In this document: positions 1 through 13,600 of the stretch, piece after piece
Position numbering within the stretch: position 1 is the first letter of the stretch
Layout of the letters: each line of letters begins with the position of its first letter
Source: Folioceros fuciformis
Lineage: Eukaryota
Length of the DNA stretch: 52,913 nt
Assembly (NCBI GenBank): GCA_049999805.1
Contig: JBNGIO010004209.1
Location: 1 to 52,913, forward strand
Direction: 5' to 3'
The notes under the pieces: model-generated
Told to the model about the DNA's origin: nothing
Seen by the model: the letters and a program-made list of their open reading frames with translations, nothing else
Databases searched by the model: none
Made by a program: the position numbers and the translations under genes

Positions 1-723
1 CCACCCCGGAACTTCCTCCCCCCGACTGGTCTCCCAACGGTCCACCTCCTCCATTGGCTGCGGCTCCCAGCTCCGGTCAGCCTCATGCCAGGCTTTCCAC
101 ACCCATCAGTCCCCAACATTCCTCCATCCCGCACATCCTGCACTTTGTCCGCCCATCGATCTTCTCGTGCCGACCATGTGCCATGTGGATGTGCAGCTTA
201 CAGCGCCGGGATCCGCGATGCAGCAACGAACAACCTGGCCACTCCATTCGACTACGGTGCCGGGCACATCAACCCGACCAAGGCGGCCAATCCGGGGCTG
301 GTGTACGACGCCTCGCCAGCAGACTACGTAGCTTTTCTGTGTGGGCTGGGCTTCTCCAGCGCAGCGATCAGGGCGGTGACCGGAACCGCCTCAGCCTGTC
401 CCCCGGTCCGGCTGCAGCCCTCCGACCTCAACTACCCTTCCGTCGCCATTTCCAACTTGGCTGGGTCCAGGACGATTTCCCGAACCCTGACCAACGTGGG
501 GCCCGCTCCGGCCCTGTACACTGCCACCGTGTCACCGCCACCTGGCGTTTCCGTGCAGGTGGTCCCCGCCCAGCTGCGTTTCACCGCCGTAGGCCAGCAA
601 TTAGGGTTCAAGCTCATCTTCACAGCTCGTCCTGGCCCGGGCTACGTCTTCGGCCGCTTGACATGGGCGGATGGAGTTCATTCCGTGAGCAGCCCCTTGG
701 CCGTGTCCGGCGGCTCACATTAG
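1..723 (+). CDS. Subtilisin-like serine protease (S8), 3' part with Fn3-like C-terminal domain; 5'-truncated by the window edge
   Basis: Last exon (about 197-723, after a GTGCAG acceptor) encodes ATPFDYGAGHINPTKAANPGLVYD, DLNYPS, RTLTNVG and YVFGRLTWADGVHSVSSPL, all typical of plant subtilase C-termini. Putative intron 76-196. Confidence 0.9.
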   Translation, partial: PPRNFLPPTGLPTVHLLHWLRLPAPVSLMPGFPHPSVPNIPPSRTSCTLSAHRSSRADHVPCGCAAYSAGIRDAATNNLATPFDYGAGHINPTKAANPGLVYDASPADYVAFLCGLGFSSAAIRAVTGTASACPPVRLQPSDLNYPSVAISNLAGSRTISRTLTNVGPAPALYTATVSPPPGVSVQVVPAQLRFTAVGQQLGFKLIFTARPGPGYVFGRLTWADGVHSVSSPLAVSGGSH

Positions 724-1106
724 GGACAGTTTAGGTTCATTTTTGACTGAGACCATTGCAGAGTAGAAAGCCCATTCATTCAGCAAAATGTCGGAATTTG
801 TAGCTAGTTTACAACCTATCTCTCTACTTTCTGGAACAGCAACAACTGACGTGAAATAAAAACGACCAAGTAGTAGCAACGACCCATGTGACAAACAATG
901 CTCCTGGGAGCAGCTACAACCGATGTGAAGAAGTGACCAGCTCGTTCCATAAAGACATTAACTAGGGTCCCGAGATAAATATTGTTTGTGTACAGTATCC
1001 GTGCCAATACAAAATACTCCAGCAACAATCCGTTGCAAGGACAACCACTCCGGAGATTCTACAGTACATGACAAGTAGTACCAGGAACAAATACCAGGAC
1101 ACCTTG

Positions 1107-3797
1107 TCACAGCAGAAAATCCCTCGGATCGGTGACATACCCTGTCAGAGCTGATGCTGCAGCTGTGTATGGAGATGCCAGGTAAATCTGGCCTTCCTTG
1201 TGTCCCATCCTGCCAGGAAAGTTGCGGTTGGTGGTGGAGACGCATACCTGGGGCTCGTTCATGCGGGCGTATGTGTCCCTGGGACCGCCCAGGCATGCAG
1301 CGCATGACGGGGAGGCAGGGGTGTCACACCCAGCTTCCTCGAAGATCTGGGCACATGTCTTGCCGTCCACCACTGGCAGGGAGTACACGTCCATCCACAC
1401 CTTCTGGGTGGCAGGCACCAGGAACGTGGGTACCTTCACTTTGGAGCCAGCAGCATGGAACAGCTTGGCTGCAGCTACGAAGTCCTCTGTCTTGCCGCCG
1501 GTGCAAGATCCGATGTACACTCGGTCGATCTTCACGTCCTTGCACTCCCGTGAAAGAGCTCGGTTGTCTGGAGAGTGAGGCTGCAGAAACAAAGTAACGA
1601 AGTGTCAAAACGTGCTGAAGCCTTCAGCACGAGGCGAGTTTGAGGGGCGTATGAGAGATTCCTCGAGTACCTTGGCCACAACTGGCTCCAACTTGGAAAC
1701 ATCGAACCTGTATTCTTGTAGGAAGCTGCATAGACAAAACACGACAGCAGAGTTTTGTCACAGTGGGCTGTTGAACAAATTCTATGATATTGTGGTCAGT
1801 CCCCGATGTTGGAGAAAATAATACCTGGCAGCGCCATCACTGTAAACTGGTTCATACGGTATAGTGGTCTTTCCCTGGAATCACATTTCGTCGGTCAGGT
1901 TGATACAAAGATGAGGCAGCAAATCACAAAAATCTGACGTTGGCATCTATAGCCCCATTCGACAGCGACACACGCACCTCCAGGTATTTGAAAGTAACAT
2001 CGTCAGCAGGCACCACACCGTTCTTGCCTCCTGCTTCTACCACCATGTTACAGAGGGTCATTCTGTCCTCCATCTGAGCACGTCCACCATCAAATCACAG
2101 AAACGGTTGATCTCAGATGGGAGGGGTGCGGTGCATACATAATTTCGCTCGTCATGATTGACAAAATACACAACAGCATGGTCGTTAAACTCACTGTCAT
2201 CTGGTCAACTGCTGTGCCAACGAACTCCATTGCCCTGTATGTTGCTCCAGCAACAGAGATCTCACCGATTATCTGCAAAGATATGCCCATGTCTATGAGG
2301 AAATGTGAGGATGACCACCATTCGTGTTGAACATGTATTGATAGGAAAGCATGCACACCTGAAGGATGAGATCCTTCGCCAGCAAGTAGTGAGGCATCTC
2401 CCCATCCAGCACAAAGCGCAGAGTCGGTGGAACCTGAAGAAATGGCAGGACGACCTCCAATAACTAAGTACCACACTGCAACAATACTAAGCCTTTACAG
2501 CCAGACAGACAACGGAGTCCCGCACCTTCACCAGAAGCTTGCCAGTTCCCATAATGAAGCCAGCATCTGTGTTCCCTATCCCTGTGGCAAACTGACCAAA
2601 TGCACCAGCATTACAGGTATGCGAATCTGTACCAAAGAGAACCTGCCACATCAGGGACATAACATCACCCGCTGTCACAGAGGAGCAACAAAGCCTGTGA
2701 CGCAAGGAGAGGAAGATGATGATTATCCATACCTCACCAGGGCGACAGTGGCCCTCCTGAGCAAGCGCCACATGACAAACACCCTTGTAGTTCGGATTCA
2801 CCTGGAAAAAGGAACCGGCCAACTTACGGGCTCAGCACACAATGTTTTGTAAAGCTCTCACTGGGCAGACGAACACCTCTAAAACCATATCAGGATTTCG
2901 CACATGCATAGTGACAGCAAGTTTGCACTATCTGAACTGCGGTCATGGTCAAGGGAATCCTAAAAATCCACAGATGAACAGCTCAGTAGCACCTTGAAGT
3001 CACTTCGGTCGGTGATATCGTAGAAATACTTAATGCCTTGCTCCTGCGCAAAGTCTCGTAGAATGTCCACATTCCTGTTCGCCCGCTCGTCATTTGTAAA
3101 GATGTAATGGTCTGGGATGATTATGATCTTCTCCCTATCCCACACCTGAACCACAACAACGACCCATATTCAATCCACCGCCAACGAACGAAATCCCGAT
3201 GCATGCGCACGCTGAAGAGCTCCGTCCACACCTTAGCATCCGCCCCAAACTCCTTCTTGAAGATGCCAATGGTGCCAGGACCACAGACATCGTGTGTCAT
3301 CAGAGCATCCACATTCACCCACACATTTTCCCCTGGGCCGATCTTTGCCTTGTTCGAAGCCTTTGCCATAATCTTTTCAGTCATAGTCATGGCGTGTTTC
3401 ACCTGCATCATCAGATCACCCATTCAGACGCCATCACGTCTCATCTGGCTCCGTAAAAACGTTGGCATCGGGACCCACAACATACACCGCCAGACGACGC
3501 TGGAGATCGCTGCTGAGGCTGCGGGGGCGCCATGACAGCGACAATCCTTCCATTCTGCTGCACACAGGAGGCTGACCTCCCCTTGACACTGCAGATCCTG
3601 GTGCCATGCAATGAAGAATGTGCACTTGCAATTTCAGCCTAAGCCCACAAAACGCTCCCCCAAGTCAGTCCACGAAGGTCACGTAGTTCACAGTCTTACA
3701 ACCAATTCACCACAAACGCTCCCATGGGGAATACCAGGGAAGCAGCAGCAAAGGAGGCAGACACTTGAGGCGCAAATGTTGCACTCGACGAGGCCAT
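1107..3797 (-). CDS. IIL1: 3-isopropylmalate dehydratase large subunit (aconitase family), plastid-targeted, multi-exon
   Basis: Exons encode a Ser/Ala-rich N-terminus [11 protein letters not shown], then [78 protein letters not shown] and [17 protein letters not shown] introns; stop at 1107. Confidence 0.95.
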
Positions 3798-3969
3798 GGT
3801 TCTACCAGATCGCGAATTCAGCAATCCGACCACGTACTCCGCCTTCAAATTTAGACTAAAGTCGGCTTTGTCGGTCCCCTCGACCTGGAGAGGGTCTAGG
3901 GCTTTTCTATCACGTTCCCGGAAGACGCGTGTGTACTCGCCATACAATGTCATATACTGTAGGGCAGAG

Positions 3970-3979
3970 CACACGTGGC
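3970..3979. promoter_or_regulatory. G-box/ABRE-like element (CACACGTGGC) upstream of IIL1
   Basis: CACGTG core at 3972-3977 with an ACGTGGC extension, about 175 nt upstream of the IIL1 ATG, in a divergent intergenic region. Confidence 0.3.
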
Positions 3980-4552
3980 GCCTCTTCGTACCTTCGCGCG
4001 CAGAAATGTCCCTGCTGCCCGCTCGATCGGGCAGCGAAGGCTACCACCACCGGGCTCGTGATTGCGCGTCACGATTGAATTGCAAAAATGGATTCCCGGA
4101 CAGCAGATGCCGGTGCGATCAGGGGGAGATCATCGCTTTCTCGATTCGTGTGGAAAGTTTGATGTAAATTTCAACAATCTGATTTGTCGTGTTGGAGGAT
4201 TTCATCTTGGCCACAGAGGTGCGGGATGGAATCTGGTTTGATAAGAATGTGCTTCGCACGCATTATTCCTTGAATGCCGTTGTTATCATTTCATTTGTTT
4301 GCACAGTTGGGGTCATCACATTGTTGCGTGCTCCGTTGTTCGCACGCAAATGCAGGTTCATGAAGGGTTGGAGTCTGCTTGACTAGGCGGCGTGTCTGTT
4401 ACGTTTTTAGCAATGGTGCTCTATCCATGATGCTGTGATATTGTCCATCAGTGGTTACATTCTGCATAGTAGTTTGCAGCACTTGAATGATGGCGCTCCG
4501 ATGAGTTTTGTACCCCTGGAAGCGCTAACTTGAGTAAATTGTGTTGCAGGAC

Positions 4553-5806
4553 ATGGCTGAGAGATCAGCGTGCCTTGATGCGGAGAGGATTGAGGTTGCC
4601 TGCCTCAGACAAGACATTATTGATGAGTATGAGAAGAAGAGTGCCGAGTTACTGGACTACCTTAGCTCTATGGAGGCTGCGTTTGAACAGCAAAGGATAG
4701 AGTATGAGCAGAGGGAGTGTTGTCTCAAGCAACGGAATAAAGAACTCACGAAGCTTGTGGAGTTGGAGCACAAAAGCCAGTGCCGCCTTCAGGAGGAAAG
4801 GGAAAGACAAGCATGTGAGGCTGAACAAGCTTTGCAAGAAGTTAGGGATGAGTGCAGGAGGGCAGAGAGGGCCCTTGTCAAGGAGCAGAGGAGATCAGAG
4901 GTAAATCTTTCTTCCAGAGTTTTGAGTCTAATCTTGCCAAAATCGCATTTTCTTACGTCCAGAACACACAATCGTGTGCGACGGTCTTTGATGTTCACAC
5001 TATGCTTGACTTAAGGAGCTAGAGGCTGTTGTAGAAGAGTTGCAGAAAGAACTGCAACGAAGGGAAGAAGAAGCATGTTATCAGAGAAGGAAAGATAAAA
5101 AGTGTAGGGAAAGAGCAGAGCAGGAAAATAAAATCCTCAAGCAGAAGGCAACATTAGGCTGGATGCTTGGGTGTCTCTATGGTTTGTGCATAGGCCCTTC
5201 TGCACAGTATTTATGTTTTCACACTGGAACTTGGAAGTTGTAGCTTGTACTGGCTGCTTATTGACTCTGATTTTGCATTCTCAGAGTTGTATATGCGCCT
5301 TGACCCCACTGTGGGCACCGCTTCCGCGATCAAGATGGTTCGCAAGCTACAACGAGATTTGGAATACGAGAGTTTTCATGATTCAGGAAACCAGCCCAAA
5401 GTGGACTATGACGTGATTGAGAAGGAGATTCGTCGTCTGGTCTGTCGCGCTCAGGCCTCGTTGAAGTCTGTTAGTGCAGCTGGTACAAGCAAAAGCGGAT
5501 GCTGCCTGTTGAAAGATAGCGCGAGCAGAAATCGAGTGAGTGATTTGAGCTTAGGGGATGTCTCCGAGCACAGACGCAAAATTTGCAGAAGTAAGGCCTT
5601 ACGGGCTCAAAGGGAGGCGCGGGACTTGTCAGAAGGCTTGTAAGTGCCACACCGCGCATACCTTATGCTGGCTCCATGCTCAGGCGGCTAACATGCGATG
5701 TTTTCCTTTACGTTAGTCTTTCCGTACTAGTTATTCTTGCCCTAGTGCTGGTCAGATGATTCAGGAGACTCTCAATTTGATGATTTGTGCCGCAGCAAGA
5801 AACTAG
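4553..5806 (+). CDS. Uncharacterised coiled-coil protein, multi-exon
   Basis: E/K/R/Q-rich heptad ORFs linked by splice-like sites: acceptor 4549, donor GTAAAT 4901, acceptor 5015, strong donor GTAAGT 5640, acceptor 5745, stop 5804-5806. The junction near 5147/5285 is uncertain and upstream exons are possible. Confidence 0.5.
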
Positions 5807-8549
5807 CTCTTGGTGGAGGAAAAGATTGTTGTTTAGACAATTGGTGAATCAACCTGATCAGGTTGCCTCGCTGCTCCTTGACCCAAGAAGGAGCTGGAAG
5901 TGAAACTTCATGGGGATTTATCAGACTACAGCATGGATTACACTTTGCATCCGTGCAGTCATGCTTCAGACCTACTATTAGTCTGAAGATCAATCCGATG
6001 CTACTGCTGGTGGGTGAGAAGCTGTGAATGTGCCTTCTGGGACAGAAGCATCCACTTGGAGGAGGGTCACCCTGTGACCTGTGATCAGCATTTGGCTTCG
6101 GGCTGCTCACTGATTCCATCCTGCAGCCTGTATTTGTGATTGGTGCTGGTGTGGGAATTACAGCCCTGCAGGATAGGGCCTAGATCATGAGAGTTTTAGG
6201 AACTCAAGGGCCCTCTTGGGAGTCTCTTCACTTTTTTTTTATGAGGGTGGCATTATTAGAGCCCAACTTAGTTGTCTCTATACTAGAGGAATTCAACCAG
6301 TTTTGTACATCACAATGAGGTTGAATGTGGAAAAGGAGGCCATTCCTGCACCTTTTCAGGATTATGTTGATTCGTGAGCATGGATGTACGTCGTGATTCG
6401 TGAGGATGATGTACGTCTTGGGCTGTACCTTGGTTGTCCCTAGTCCCCCTCGTTGTGATACATCAGTCCGTGACATGAAGAAAAGGACTCCAGTTCCATT
6501 GCGATTTGCTTCGACAACATTTTGCTGAGTTGAATTGTTGCGAACTTCGTCATAAAAATTGCCTCTTCCTGATTCTGACTCTGCCATTGATGTACATACA
6601 GCAAAGGTGGAGGATGGCGGCCTTGTTCCAGGTACCAGGCGAAGTGTCTGGCGAAGGATAGGTTTAGGCGGGTGCCTAAAGGAACCTGCAGGTATCCAGC
6701 ATGTCGTCAACTCTCAACGTTGAATGATGGTCTGCATAGAGGTGCATGGGATGAAGTACAGTTGATGAACAAGTCAGAAGCAGAACGAAGCCTTGATGAC
6801 GCTTTGTCTGAAGAAGATATTTTGAGGGTGCTCTACAACATTGAGTCCAACATGGGTTTCTTGATGTGCTGCGAAAGGAGGCGCAAGTTGCGAGAGGACC
6901 GCCTTGTTTGCTGTAGAGCTAAGCAGAAAGCTCCATGGGATCAAAATTTCGGTGTGTTTGGGACTAAAAAGTCGGTCTTGGACAGCAGCAGTTAACGTCA
7001 CTCAGACGGATGGATGGAGTTGCTGCCTATGTGAGAGGAACTGTGCCTGCCCGGTGGGTCTGGTTGATAACTTTGGGCTCATCAGCGTGCGTCCTGCAAA
7101 AGCACGGAATATCCCTATAGCCTCTCAACCGGAATTGCCGAATTTGAAAGCCTTCTGGCTTGGTTTGACGAGCAGGCCCTCTGCAAACCTGATGGTGCCC
7201 TTGGTGCAGAGACAAACGGCGCTCACAACCTTTGTGACTGGCCAGGGAAGAAGCTTGAGGAAACTAACCAATCTACTCTTACCACAGAAGAGTTTGAGGC
7301 AGCCCAACGACAGGAAGACTCAACTTATTGATAGTGGTGCAAAATAGCTGGTTCTGGTGCAAGATAGCCGGTTCTGGTGCCAGATCCCGCCGGCTGGAGC
7401 ACGGACACCGTAGAAGCGACAAATTCAAGTTTGAAGCAAATGTTGGAACCCGACCAAGCGCATGGACTTATAAACCGCGCCAGTGGTCAGCACAAAGCTC
7501 CAACCAGCATGCTATCTCTCTTCGGTGACGAAGAGATGGTTAAGTACGTGTTTATGAGTCGCCAAACAGGCTCACTCTTGCTAACGCAATGGTAACAATA
7601 GCCAGCTTTTTCCTTTCGGAGGGACAAGGGGCATGCGCCTGGCCGTCCACCCTCTAGCGCGGGTTACAGCCTCGAAAGGAAGTGATGCTCTATCTACCAT
7701 ACATAGACGTAGTATATGCCGAATGTTCCCTCCCACAGACGTGAAATCGTAGATGTAGCGCTCTTCTACTAGAGACTTCTGATTCCTTCCGTCCTCAGTT
7801 CCGGCCCTCCAAACCCCAGCCTGGAGGCTAGTGGGGTCTCGGGATGCTCTCGAGGAGATAAATCCACAGCAGGATCGCGCGAAAACCGCCGTAACGGAAA
7901 ATGGATATTCCGACGGCAGCGAAACTAGCGGGGCCGATAGCATGCCATTATGTGGTGTGGCACGACGAAAACAAGTTCGGATTTCGCATATTCGGCGCGA
8001 AGCCGTCGGCGTTGGCGTTGCTTGGACCGGCCGATCTTTCGCGGTCTCGGTCTGCCTGATGGGAGACGCGGCGCAATTTGGTAAGCGGTGGCCACTCACT
8101 CTGCCCTGCTTGCGGCGAAGCTGGTGGTAACCCCGGCCTTCTCCACTACACCGTCGCCTTCGCCCGCCCTTCTTCCCTTCCATTTTAATTCTCGTCCTAC
8201 CGCAAGTCCCGACTATATATGTCCACCTCTTGTCGTCTCATTTGTGGGTCCGAATTTCGTGTGGAAGCACAGCCGACGTGATTCCTGAAGGAAGACACAC
8301 CGAAGCAACGGTGGAACAAGGGAGTTTGTGTGTCCACCGCTTCGGAAGTTTGAGCTTCTCCCCCAGATTCCATCATGGCATTTGTGCCGACTAGGCCGCA
8401 CGGGGATGAAGAGCTTGGGCTTCTGTCCGGTTGTCCTCAGGTGTGATTCTGCCTCGCCCACGTGCACAGCTCGCCAGCTCGCTCGCTTTGTTTCTTTCTG
8501 AGGAACTTGTGGTTGTTCGTGCCACGCTGGAATTGAGGGGATAGGTGGG

Positions 8550-10053
8550 ATGCAGGTGTCGTACTCGGGGAGGAGGGAATGGGGTTTAGCTCTGAAGGTG
8601 ATTGCTGCACTGCTGGTGGGATTTTCTTTGGGATGTGTGGCGTCCTGGCTGGTTTCGGCGAATCACGGCATCCACACCCTTGCCAAGCCCGCCTCGACTC
8701 CTCGGTATCCCCTCAATTTTCTGGTGCTCGGTGATTGGGGGCGGGAAGGAGAGTACAACCAGTCCGAGGTTGCGAAGCAGGTTTGTGCTGGTCTTGATAG
8801 CCTTTGGCTGGTGCGTAAGGACGGTGCCGGAGGTCTGTGTCTCACAATCGGGGCATGCTGTCAGATGGGCAGGGTAGGCGAGGAGCTGGGCATCGAGTTT
8901 GTTGTCTCCGTGGGCGACAATTTCTACCCATCAGGATTGACAGGAGTGGATGACCCCAAATTTGATTTGTCGTTCAAGAACATTTACACGGCACCCAGCT
9001 TGCAGAGGACGTGGTACACAAGTGAGTGACAGCCGGGGAATTGTGAGGTTGGTCGTGTGATTCTGGACTCACGCGCCTCCTTTTGCCGTTGCTGCTGTCT
9101 TGCAGTTTTAGGGAACCATGACTACATGGGTGACACCCTCGCACAGCTGGATGACGCTCTCGTGGAGCGTGATCCTCGCTGGTTCTGCAAGCGAGACTTT
9201 CAGCTGCAGCGCTCTTTGTGCGCTCCATCTACAGCGGGTGAGAAGTCCATTCTTGTTCTGCCCTGCCTTCTTGCGACACATAGTGGCTCCTTGTCACAGC
9301 ATCGTCCGTAAGGCTGAGACTTGGTATCTCACGTCCCTTCCACGGCCTGTAGGAGTTTGCGACAGTGTTGTTGACATGTTTTTCTTCGACACGTCCCCGT
9401 TTGTGGACGAGTACTGGGTGCCTCAACCGAATGTGACATTTGATTGGAGGGGACTGTTGCCTCGGGAGCAACAATTGAAGAAGCAACTTCAGGTATACCC
9501 AAAAATGCGCACAAGCATAGGCTGTCATGTTTCAGTGTCTCCCATAAAAGTTTAACTTATTCTCCGTTGTCACAGGATTTAGATGCAGCATTGAAAAGAT
9601 CGTCAGCTCAATGGAAATTAGTTTTCGGACATCACACAATCCGCAGCGTGGGCCACCACGGGGACACCAAAGAGCTTTTAGATCAAGTTGCTCCAATCCT
9701 GGAGACAAACGGCGTTGATGCTTACGTCAATGGCCATGACCACTGTGTGGAGCACATCAAACGAAGAGACAGGTGCGCGAAGTTCATTTTCTTCAGCGAA
9801 AGGGTCTTCGAAATTTGAAGGACTGGATGTTTAACAGTGGTTTCTGTTTGGCTGCAGTCCTGTCCACTTTATCACCTCGGGAGGAGGCTCAAAGGCTTGG
9901 CAAGGGATTGCTGCCCCCGACAAGTTAAATGGTGTTCGATTTGCTTATGACGGGCAAGGTTTCATATCCGTCTCTATGGCACCAAATGAGTGCCACATTG
10001 TGTATCATGATGCATTCGGTAATATTCTCAACACCTTAGATTTGAAAAAATAA
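8550..10053 (+). CDS. Purple acid phosphatase (small PAP3/PAP17-like metallophosphoesterase), 6 exons
   Basis: Metal-ligand motifs LGDWG, VGDNFY, LGNHDY, VFGHH and VNGHDH; N-terminal hydrophobic segment; canonical GT-AG junctions; TAA at 10051-10053. Confidence 0.93.
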
Positions 10054-10649
10054 AGAGAAATTGTTGCTATCCACCAATTGTGTATCTCAGCTCGATCCGC
10101 AAACGTGTGCGTAAGAACAATTAATTGCGCTTCTCACAGCACAGATGTGAAAACATCCTTACTCCGGGAAAATTTGCAATGATCTTCCTCAAAGTAGGCT
10201 GATGTAGATAGCAAGGGAAAGTGGAACCCTCCAATTTCTATTGTACAATATTCAATCATTACATGAGAGGAAAAGAAAATGTCCACAGAGCATATGGGAA
10301 AATTTCAACTCTCCAATCTCCTTAATGTTCAATTTCAATATCTGTAAACTTCATACTCCGCATTAACCGATCTGGTTTAACACTTTAGTCCTTCACAAAC
10401 GCAGAATAACAAGTTACACCACCGTTTAAATACCGCCCATCGAGCTCAACCGTGCCTCTGGCACTGCAAAAAACATGGAACCTGCTTTCCTCCCACAAAC
10501 TCAAATGGCATGACCATTAGCCAGCCAGGTAGCAATTGATCTACACCATAATTGCAGCCCGATCTGATAATTACCCAGCACCAAAATGAGGATGCTCCAT
10601 GACGCAGATAAACACCGATATAGGAGTTCACAAACATCTATGCTTCTGA

Positions 10650-13600
10650 TCAATATTGTTCAGCAAGGTTTCGGAATTCGTTAGATAAATCATCATATAG
10701 CGACAGGAACTTTGCCTTTAGCTTGTCTTCACCTTGCGCAGGATCCTCAAACTTTTGTGCTCTGGACACATGGAATGAAAATGCGTGAGATGTCTTCAAA
10801 GAAAAGGGCAGGGATGTAGAAAGAAGAAAGCCAATGAAAAGGAGATCGCGTGGATACTCACACTAGAGCTCTAATCAACCCGTCGAGCCTTCCTTTGATT
10901 CTATCATAAGTTATATTCTGTGCTCCGTCCACAGTTTTCCGCTCTACAGCCTGTTGTAACATGCACGGTAGGTTATACAAAAGTCCAACAGAAGCCAAGC
11001 AAGCAAAGCTAAATATTTCCCGATGAGTGAGTAAGGAAGAGCTTGCCTGAATTGCGAGCGTATAAAAGTGAATCATGTTCCGCATCATCCAAACTGACTT
11101 GTAAAATGGGCAGTATTTATCATACCTGCACAACAAACACATTAATGTAGCGTTGTCGATACAGTAAGGAGCTCAACCAGATTGACGTAACCGCATAACT
11201 TTTCTTTAAATTTCTACTCACTCCGTGAAAGCATTTTGCGCAAGATAATCCTCACGCAAGAGTCGTGCAACCTCCAACGTTATCTTGTCTGTGTCAGCCA
11301 AAGAATCTTTGCCTACAAGCTGTAAATAAGAAAAGTAAGCAGAGCGCCATAATAAGCTAACACTCTAAGCAGATCCTTGACAGATCACAACATACCTGAA
11401 CAATCTCCTTTAATTCATCTTCCCGTTGCAAAATTTCACGTGCTTTTGTGCGGATGTTAACAAAGTCCGTGTCATAATCCTCATAGAATGCCTCAAGTGC
11501 CTAGACGTAGGATCAAATAGAGTCATCACAGAATGTGGCAGCGAACACCAACCAAGAGACTAGAAGAAACATGGACAAGACGTACATTTGTGTAGTTGGA
11601 GTATGATTTCAGCCAGTTCACGGATGGAAAATGCTTCCGCTGGGCCAGCTCTTTGTCCAACCCCCAAAATACCTGCAGTCAACACTAACGTATAAGGGAA
11701 AGCAATTATTTCACTCAATCAGAGATCAAATGCACACAAGATTACCTGAACAATACCAAGAGTGGCAACTGTCACTGGGTCCGAAAAGTCTCCACCAGGA
11801 GGAGACACTGCACCCACTATAGTCACAGTACCTGTCCGGTTCGGACTTCCCAAACACTTCACCTTTCCAGCACGCTCATAAAATGAAGCTAATCGTGCTC
11901 CCAAGTAAGCTGGATATCCACTGTCTGCTGGCATCTCAGCCTACAGCCACCCCCATTTGTTTAACAATTCGGATCCAAGGGCCACTAGATTCAAGGGCAA
12001 GAACAAGTCATCTGAACAAAAATTTCAAACTAAATAAAATCCGCAACCACAATCTAGAAGTTGGTCACAAACAAGGCATTACCAGCCGCCCAGAGATCTC
12101 ACGAAGAGCCTCAGCCCAACGAGATGTGGAGTCAGCCATCATGCTCACGTCGTAGCCCATGTCGCGGTAATATTCTGCCAGTGTAATGCCTGAATCCAAA
12201 CCATAGCCCATTAATCACTTTAGAATTCATTGCTCTGTAAGGTTCACCAAACCCAATGAAGTTGAATTGCATGATAGGAGTCTGACTCCCACCTGTGTAG
12301 ATTGATGCCTCTCGAGCTGCGACAGGCATGTTGGATGTGTTAGCGACCAGGGCTGTCCGCTTCATGACAGACACATGTTCTCCATTAGGAAGGGGCATTG
12401 TTAGCTTTGGAAAGTCCATGAGCACCTGCCAGAACAAAAATTACATTCATCAACTCTCACAGCTTTGCAAATTCCATGCATATAGCCATAATCACAGATA
12501 AGATAAATACGCACCTCTGCCATCTCATTTCCTCGCTCTCCACAGCCCACATAGATGACAGCATGGGAATTTGAATACTGCACGGTAACCATACATCATA
12601 AGATTTACTCGAGTATATATCTCCAACTGATCTCACTCAAAGCGTTTCCTCAGAAGGGTGACTCAGCTTCATGCAGACACAGCTTGGAGAAAAATTCATT
12701 AGAACATCGAAGTTTCTCCCACGCAATACAGTACCTTCGAGAGGGATTGACTGATGACTGTCTTTCCACATCCAAAAGCCCCAGGAATGGCACACGTGCC
12801 ACCAAGCGTTGCAGGGAACAAGGCATCTAGGGTACGCTGAAGAACAAAGCAAAACGACATTGAGTAGCATAATCACTCCGTGCTTGCAGCTTGTGAAAAG
12901 GAACGAATGCAGACTAAGTTCTTCAACATATTGGCGCACCTGACCAGTCAACAAAGGAGTATCACTAGGAAGTTTCGATGCAAATGGCCGGGGCGTCCGT
13001 ACGGGCCACGTCTGTTACAGGAAGTCACACAAACGCTCCACGGATCAATCGCTTCACGGAAAAACAACCAATGATGCTAGCACATGGTACAAGGACATGC
13101 AGGTCGCCCAACAGACCACACCTGTAGCATTGGAAACTTCTTCACCACCCCTTGAAATTCAATTTCCAAGACTGTATCCTGCATGAAGGTCATGGGCATA
13201 CTCAATACTCGGGCAGGGTAACAAAGGCAGAAAAAGCTGATGGGGACACATAGAAGTGGTTCAACCTCAAGGTCGTATTGACCAGGTGGTGCTATGAAGG
13301 TGATTTTCCCCATGGCCCCTGGAGGTAGAGCAACCTTGTGATTCATAAGAGTATTTTCAACCACTGTCTGCACAACAACAGCATACATTGACGAACTCAG
13401 TCAAGAAGCAACGAATGAAGCAAACACAAACAAATCTCACTTAAAGCACAAATGAGAAGACCACCAGGAGCGTACCCCATAGATATCACCTCCAGTGATT
13501 GAATCTCCAACGCCTGCCGGACAGATGGTTGGGTTAATGGTGTAGGTTGATTAATCTACTTGACAAAGCAGTCATTTGTGTACTTTTTACCATAGGAAGT

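Noticed and set aside
7581..8183. 200-aa minus-strand ORF
   Set aside because: It lies in the GC-rich upstream region of the PAP gene and has no recognisable domain or splice support.
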